A stretch of 64,000 nt of DNA, from the NCBI GenBank assembly GCA_038087875.1, contig CM075989.1:15998001-16062000 (forward strand). Reading direction: 5' to 3'. Shown piece by piece: positions 62,608 to 64,000 of this stretch (position 1 is the first letter of the stretch; every line of letters begins with the position of its first letter). The position numbers were made by a program, and so were the translations under genes. The notes under the pieces are model-generated. The model saw nothing but the letters and a program-made list of their open reading frames with translations. It searched no databases and was not told the origin of the DNA. This stretch comes from Malacoraja senta. Lineage: Eukaryota.

Positions 62608-63318
62608 ATAATATTATCAACACAGGTAACCTGGAACCTCATACTCTGCTGCCCATTGAACCTAGCTGTGGATAAATTGGCTACAGTTTCTACAATAGCG
62701 ACTGTAGAGTGCGATGGGATATAAAGCTAAGCCTTTCCTTTTGAACATGACCAGTAAACGTTGTTAATTGCCTGTGTGATAAAAATGGAGGAGTTGGGAT
62801 GTGTTCAATATGAATTGGCCACTGAGACAGGAGTATAAATGTTCTCAAGACGAGAGTGCACCATCATTTCCAACATAACAACATCGTGAGGCTTATTGGT
62901 TTTCAGTCATGCTGAAAAATTATTGGAAATCCACTTTAAAACTTTGTTTCCAATGCCTGCCAATCATCAGAATACTCTTCAACCAGAGATCCTGATGCCC
63001 ACAAGAAGAAGTGGTTTAAATATGTGTGATGACTGGTATGTGAGCAGAACTATTTGTAAAGTGTGAGCTAATGTGCCCATCAATCCGATTCTTTATTGAA
63101 CTAAACATTCATGTCAACTTGTCATGCTAACTTATCCTGCGGGGATTTAACTGTGTCTAGGTAAAGTGAAGCATTAATCACAGTTGCAAAATCTTCTTTG
63201 CACATAATTACTTAACGGCCAACCATGACGTTGGTTTGCTGTTACTGGTCATCTTTCATTTAAAAAGCTTCAATTTTTTCATTAAGGAGATAAGAGTTCC
63301 TCATGAGTTAAACCCTTT

Positions 63319-63395
63319 TCTTCTTCTTCTTCTTCTTCTTCTTCTTCTTCTTCTTCTTCTTCTGCTTCTTCTTCTACTTCTTCTTCTTCTTCTTC
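63319..63395. repeat. (CTT)n microsatellite
   Basis: About 25 near-perfect CTT units. Confidence 0.95.
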
Positions 63396-63584
63396 TGTTC
63401 GTTCTGTTCTTTCTGCCTTCTGAGAGTGCAACTACATTCAACAAACAAAGAGACAGTGTATGACCCCCTTCCCAGTTGTCAGGCCTGGAAGAAAGCTGAT
63501 GCCTTCTCTGGACACAATGCCCTGATTAAAATAAAAACAAAAGCTCGTGAAGAGAAAGGACTCTAAAGGTGTCAGTGATTTGAT

Positions 63585-63888
63585 GGGCAGCACGGCGGTA
63601 GAGTTGCTGCCTTACAGCGTCAGAGACCCGGATTCGATCCCGACTACGGGTGCTGTCTGTACGCAGTCTGTACGTTCTCCCCGTGACTTGCGTGGGTTTT
63701 CTCCGAGATCTTCGGTTTCCTCCCACACTCCAAAGATGCACATGCTTGTAGGTTAATTGGCTTGAATATAAATGTAAAATTGTCCCTAGTGTGTGTAGGG
63801 TAGTGTTAATGTGCGGGATCGCTGGTCGGTACTGACCCAGTGGGCTGAGGGGCCTGTTTCTGTGCTGTATCTCTAAACTAAACTAAAT
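63585..63888 (+). mobile_element. HE1-like V-SINE
   Basis: Head, V-domain and ctaaactaaa tail. A partial copy also lies at about 58915-59130. Confidence 0.85.
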
Positions 63889-64000
63889 TTGTGTAAATCC
63901 AAATGGAACCGTGGCCTAAGGTGATATTGAGGAGTCTTGTGCCAACATTTTTTCCGATGCACTTGAACCATCGCACATGTATCTTATATTTCACAACTGT

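Noticed and set aside
63236..63463. Poly-Leu ORF resembling a signal or transmembrane segment
   Set aside because: (CTT)n microsatellite.

Overview
Repeat-rich vertebrate genomic DNA. The repeat families (HE1-type V-SINEs, HER1/CR1 LINEs) point to a cartilaginous fish, probably a skate or ray (inference). Host genes, all on the + strand: (1) the last two coding exons and 3' UTR of an aquaglyceroporin most like AQP9 (5005-5222, 9557-9758); (2) a CCAAT/TATA promoter and signal-peptide first exon (56795-56876), probably hepatic lipase LIPC by synteny; (3) between them, an unrecognised candidate gene. It has a 110-aa ORF (14295-14627) directly after a splice acceptor, upstream splice donors, downstream polyA signals, and a nearby cluster of RFX X-box and forkhead motifs typical of motile-cilia genes. 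The rest is mostly transposons: Penelope-like remnants carrying a minimal hammerhead-ribozyme motif (several as TSD-flanked hairpin insertions), about 15 HE1-like SINEs, two young CR1 copies and many CR1 fragments, L1/Tx1 and Rex-Babar fragments, two adjacent non-autonomous Helitrons, two MITEs, an AFC-like CORE-SINE, and micro/minisatellites. Most ORFs in the supplied track are repeat-derived or spurious. Repeat boundaries were read by eye and are approximate unless a TSD is quoted.
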